Shown one piece after another: positions 60,058 to 64,000 of a stretch of DNA of 64,000 nucleotides. The stretch spans positions 22,493-86,492 of the forward strand of contig JANLSU010000101.1 of NCBI GenBank assembly GCA_031362565.1. Direction: 5' to 3'. This stretch comes from a bacterium (GTDB lineage: Bacteria > Krumholzibacteriota > Krumholzibacteriia > G020349025). Made by a program: the position numbers and the translations under genes. Position 1 is the stretch's first letter; each line of letters opens with the position of its first letter. Below the pieces are notes generated by a model. That model had not been told where the DNA came from. It saw only the letters and a list, made by a program, of their open reading frames with translations, and searched no databases.

Positions 60058-61310
60058 GCGCCGACCCGGTCGGCCGCCACAATCACGCCGTGAAGACACT
60101 GGTGCAGAAATACGGTGGAACGTCGGTCGCAACGACCGAACGCATCCAAGCGGTCGCGGCGCGCATCGCCGGCGCCCGCGACCAAGGCTTGCGAGTCGTG
60201 GTGGTCGTCTCGGCAATGGGTGACACGACCGACGATCTTTTGGCCTTGGCGCGTGAGATCGCGCCGGTGCCGCCGCCGCGCGAACTCGACATGCTGCTCA
60301 CCGCCGGCGAACGCATTTCGATGGCGCTCTTGTCGATCGCGCTGCAAGCGCGTGATTGTGCGGCGATCTCGTTCACGGGTTCACAGAGCGGCATCATCAC
60401 CGACAACCGGCATGCCGACGCCAAGATTCTCGACGTGAGGTGCGACCGGATCCGCGCCGCGCTCGACAGCGAACGCGTCGTCATCGTGGCCGGATTCCAG
60501 GGGGTGAGCGCCGAGCGCGAAATCACGACTCTGGGGCGCGGCGGCTCCGACACGACCGCGGTCGCACTGGCGGCAGCGCTCGGCGCCGAACGCTGTGAGA
60601 TCTACACCGACGTGGATGGGGTGTACAGCGCCGATCCCCGCTTGGTGCCACAAGCCGTCAAAATCGAGCGCCTCGACTATGACGAGATGCTCGAACTCGC
60701 ATCGCGCGGCGCGCGCGTCCTGCATCCACGGTCCGTGGAGGTCGCGCGGCGCTTTGGCGTGCCGGTGCACGTGCGCTCGTCCTATAATTATTCATCTGGA
60801 ACGGTGGTGCAGGCCATGGAACGCATCGAACCCGAATCAGTTCGCGGCATCGCGAGCGACGAGGATGTGACCGCATTCACGATCGACGGGTTGCCGGCGC
60901 CGGGTGCGGACGGCGCGCTGTTGCTGAGTGCGCTCGGTGCGGCCGGGATTCGCACCGCGTTGGTGGTGCACGCCCACGATGCACCGGCCTGGACGACCAT
61001 CGTGGCCCGCGACGACGCCGCTCGAGCCGACGGCATCTTGCGGCCGTTCGCCGCCGAACGCGGCGCCCGGCTGCGGCAGGACGACGACATCGCACTGCTG
61101 ACCGCCGTCGGGCATGCAGTGCACAGCCATCCCGGCACCGTCGGACGCGTTCTGGAAGCACTTGCCGCCGGTGGAGTCACGGTGCGTTTGGTGGCGAGTT
61201 CAGCACTCAGCGTGACTTGCGTCGTGCCGCGCAGCGAAGTGCGGCGCGCCGCCGCGCTCTTGCACGACAAGCTGGGGCTCGCACCAACGGCAACCACGCC
61301 CGCGGGCTGA
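60054..61310 (+). CDS. lysC: Aspartate kinase
   Basis: VQKYGGTSV, VVVSAMG, TLGRGGSDTTA, TDVDGVY, ACT-like C-terminus. Start may be GTG 60090. Confidence 0.95.
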   Translation: MSADPVGRHNHAVKTLVQKYGGTSVATTERIQAVAARIAGARDQGLRVVVVVSAMGDTTDDLLALAREIAPVPPPRELDMLLTAGERISMALLSIALQARDCAAISFTGSQSGIITDNRHADAKILDVRCDRIRAALDSERVVIVAGFQGVSAEREITTLGRGGSDTTAVALAAALGAERCEIYTDVDGVYSADPRLVPQAVKIERLDYDEMLELASRGARVLHPRSVEVARRFGVPVHVRSSYNYSSGTVVQAMERIEPESVRGIASDEDVTAFTIDGLPAPGADGALLLSALGAAGIRTALVVHAHDAPAWTTIVARDDAARADGILRPFAAERGARLRQDDDIALLTAVGHAVHSHPGTVGRVLEALAAGGVTVRLVASSALSVTCVVPRSEVRRAAALLHDKLGLAPTATTPAG

Positions 61311-61377
61311 ACGACAAACGCCGCCTTGCGGCGGCGGTGGTGGGCTGACCGGAGCCAAGCGCGAGGCGGTGCGGGCA

Positions 61378-62598
61378 TCAAGCGGCGGCGGCTTCGCAGC
61401 GGTCGGCAATGGGTGCGAGACTGGATTCCGCCGCGTGCGGATAATCGGCGCGGAGCCGCGCACTGAGTTCCGCCGATTGCGCCCCGCCCAGGCGGCGGGA
61501 CACGCACATGGCACGGAACAACGCCACCGGGGCCTGCGGGGCCTGCGGCCATGCATCCGCCAAACGAACGTAGGCACGCACCGCCGCACCGCGGTTCAAG
61601 CCGCGTTCCCGGCGCTCGGCCAGTTGCAATTGCGCTTCCGGTTCGAGCGCGAAGCGTCCTTGGCCACGCTCCGCTTCTTCGACGATGTCCTCGACGCGAT
61701 CGAAGCGTTTCTCACGAGCCCACAACCGGCAAGCCACACGGTAGGCATCGTCTGCCTCCGCATGGTGGCCGGTAAGACGGTACGTGCGCGCCAGCTCGAG
61801 GTGTCCTATGTCGTCGCATGGCTGGCGGCGCACGTACTCGACGAATTCCCCCTGGGCCGCAAACCAGAGGGCACGATCCCGATAGATTCGGCCTTGCACC
61901 AGAGCGCGCTCGGAGCGCGCGTCACTCGCCAGGCCAAGAATTGTCGCCAGCCCAACGCCGGCAAGCACGCCGCCCAAATGTGAACCGCAAGCCACGCCGG
62001 CGCCGGCACCCTCACGCTGCAGTGCCGCCATGCCGAGTTGAATCGCAAACCACACGGCGATCGCAAACGGCGCCGGCACGGTGGCGATGCCGCAACGGGT
62101 GTAGGCCTGCAATGGCATGAACGCCCAGTAGCCGATGCGCAGGCGGGCGAAATAGAGCCGGATCATGAACAAACCCATGAGGCCGGCGATCGCGCCCGAC
62201 GCACCCAGCACACCGGTGTTTGCCATCGAGGGGATGAAGGCCAGCACGATGGCGCCCTGGACGAGATTCGCCGCGATGTTGGTGAGATGGTACAGCCACA
62301 GAAAGCGGCGGGCACCGAGCCGGTCCTCGAGCACCGGACCGAACACCGCGAGCGTCAGCATGTTCGAAATCAGGTGCAGCCAGTTGCCATGCATGTAGGC
62401 ATTGAGAACCAGCGACGACGGACTCGGGCCGCTCGGGATGAAGACGAGCGCATCCCAGTTGTACCAGAACAATTGCGGCAAGCGCTGCTGCAGCAGAAAA
62501 ACCGCCGTGCAGGCGCCAATCAGCATCCACGTCGCCCACGGCGTCCGGCGCGGCCGGACGTCGAGACCGAGGGGGAAATAGTAGAAAAAGTAGAACAT
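61378..62598 (-). CDS. Rhomboid intramembrane protease with C-terminal TPR-like region
   Basis: HGNWLHLISNM, GASGAIAG (catalytic Ser), SHLGG (catalytic His). Confidence 0.92.
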   Translation of the reverse strand: MFYFFYYFPLGLDVRPRRTPWATWMLIGACTAVFLLQQRLPQLFWYNWDALVFIPSGPSPSSLVLNAYMHGNWLHLISNMLTLAVFGPVLEDRLGARRFLWLYHLTNIAANLVQGAIVLAFIPSMANTGVLGASGAIAGLMGLFMIRLYFARLRIGYWAFMPLQAYTRCGIATVPAPFAIAVWFAIQLGMAALQREGAGAGVACGSHLGGVLAGVGLATILGLASDARSERALVQGRIYRDRALWFAAQGEFVEYVRRQPCDDIGHLELARTYRLTGHHAEADDAYRVACRLWAREKRFDRVEDIVEEAERGQGRFALEPEAQLQLAERRERGLNRGAAVRAYVRLADAWPQAPQAPVALFRAMCVSRRLGGAQSAELSARLRADYPHAAESSLAPIADRCEAAAA

Positions 62599-62742
62599 GG
62601 CTTTTCTGCGGCCGCCCCTTGGATCCGGGAGGGCGAAGCACGCAGAGGTGTCTGGAGCAAGGAGCGCTCCGCAGCCCAAACCCACCGCAAGCCATCCGGT
62701 CGCGGTGCATCGCGGCACGATTGGACAAGGCGAGGCGTGGAA

Positions 62743-63759
62743 TCACGCAGGCCGGGCGGCAGCCGCGGGCCCGAGCACCCGGCGGGTACCGCACCACAGG
62801 GCGGCGAGTTCCGCATCGTGGAGCCCGGTACCGGCGACGAGCGAGTTGCACCGCACCTCGCCTCTGGCGTGCGCGAAGGCGGCGTCCGGCCGGACGATAC
62901 CGACGTGGGTGACGCGCTCGCGGCCGAAGAACACGAGATCGCCGGGCCCAGGCTCCGTCGCCGGCTCCCCCGCGAGTGCCTGAGCGTCGGAATCACGCGG
63001 CAATTGAATGCCGTGCAGGCCAAAAACGAACTGCACCAAGCCGGAACAGTCGAAGCCCTTCGGGCTGCGGCCGCCCCATAGATACGGCACACCGTAGAAG
63101 CGTTGCAGCGTAGTCATGATGTCGGCGACCTCAGGACGCCACGGCAACGCCACATCGCGCAACGCCGTCGCCGGCAACCAACCGCTCCGCCCACCCGGCA
63201 ACTCGACTGCCGTCCAACCGCGTTCTTCGCGCCCAGTCACCACACCAGTGCCGAGGATCGACTCACCCACGACCTCCGCATCGCGATACGGCGCCGCATG
63301 CAAAGCCGTCCAATTGGCATCGATGCGCGCATTCACGCGGCACGCGAACTCCACCACCACGCCCGCATCCACCCATTGCAGGTGCCAATCGCGAATCCAA
63401 CCCACGTAGCCATCGGCAAGCCGGCCCAAGAGCCAGCCGTCTTCGTGCACGAGCGGCACGACGGTCTCGCCCTGCAGAACCTGCGACACCTGTTCGGCCG
63501 CATGCCGCGGTTCACGCCGCACTTCCCCCACACTCGCCCGCACCCAAGCCAGCCGGCCCGCTGCAAATCCCGTCGGCAGCAACACGCACTCGACGCGTCC
63601 GAGCCCGCCCCGCGCGGCGTCGAGCACACCTTGCGCAGTCGATTCAACGCGCAGCACACCGCCCGCGCCCTGCGTCACGCGCCAAAAGTCATAGCGACTC
63701 TGCGCCCCCACATCCGCAGCAGCCCGCGCCGCGATCTCCTGCGCTGCAATCAGTTCCAC
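62743..63759 (-). CDS. NlpC/P60 (C40) peptidase with SH3-like domains
   Basis: VSQVLQGE, DGYVGW, PYLWGGRSPKGFDCSG, LPRDS, HVGI. Start approximate. Confidence 0.92.
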   Translation of the reverse strand: MELIAAQEIAARAAADVGAQSRYDFWRVTQGAGGVLRVESTAQGVLDAARGGLGRVECVLLPTGFAAGRLAWVRASVGEVRREPRHAAEQVSQVLQGETVVPLVHEDGWLLGRLADGYVGWIRDWHLQWVDAGVVVEFACRVNARIDANWTALHAAPYRDAEVVGESILGTGVVTGREERGWTAVELPGGRSGWLPATALRDVALPWRPEVADIMTTLQRFYGVPYLWGGRSPKGFDCSGLVQFVFGLHGIQLPRDSDAQALAGEPATEPGPGDLVFFGRERVTHVGIVRPDAAFAHARGEVRCNSLVAGTGLHDAELAALWCGTRRVLGPAAAARPA

Positions 63760-63900
63760 ACAGTTACTCCGTGTCAAACACTCGAACCGACAACGCAGCA
63801 AGAACATCGCCACGACACGCGCTCAGTATAGAAACGCCCTCCCCAAGCGGCAAGCACAGCGAACTCGCGCTCGACCCGGATCCGGAAGCGATTGCTGCAG

Positions 63901-64000
63901 CGTGGGGGTCTTCGGAGGGGTGGGACCCCCGCCCGCTCAGACAGAACGGGCCGCGCCGCGCGCTTCGCGCGCCATATGAGATGCGCGAGCCCGTTAACTC
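63901..64000. repeat. Palindromic dispersed repeat, copy 2 (inverted, cut by window end)
   Basis: Matches the reverse complement of 25950-26049 with 7 mismatches over 100 nt by manual alignment. Confidence 0.92.

Overview
High-GC bacterial chromosomal segment; taxonomy cannot be fixed from sequence alone. It has five parts. (1) 1-19032, minus strand: an uncharacterised cluster of seven aminoglycoside-phosphotransferase/kinase-fold paralogues (three lack the catalytic Asp), a fused ABC exporter, four GT-B glycosyltransferases, a two-component system and a truncated histidine phosphatase. (2) 19.5-29 kb: a membrane glycosyltransferase, moaDE and a cysM-mec-cysO-moeB sulfur-carrier operon. These flank an AT-richer IS1595-derived islet carrying a toxin-antitoxin-SecB chaperone (TAC/HigBAC-type) module and a palindromic repeat that recurs at the window end. 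(3) 29-41 kb: saccharopine dehydrogenase family enzyme, amidohydrolases, glycan genes and an M16 peptidase pair. (4) 41770-42444: an iodothyronine-deiodinase-like gene with an in-frame UGA followed by a SECIS-like hairpin, a probable selenoprotein that the ORF track splits in two. (5) 43-64 kb: housekeeping genes (2-oxoacid dehydrogenase E1, tRNA-Leu, secG, tpiA, pgk, gap, comF, aroE, lgt, rodA, mrdA, mreBCD, radC, thrB, lysC, rhomboid, NlpC/P60). Family calls come from manual motif recognition, not database searches. Several start codons were re-chosen by RBS or stop/start overlap and are approximate.
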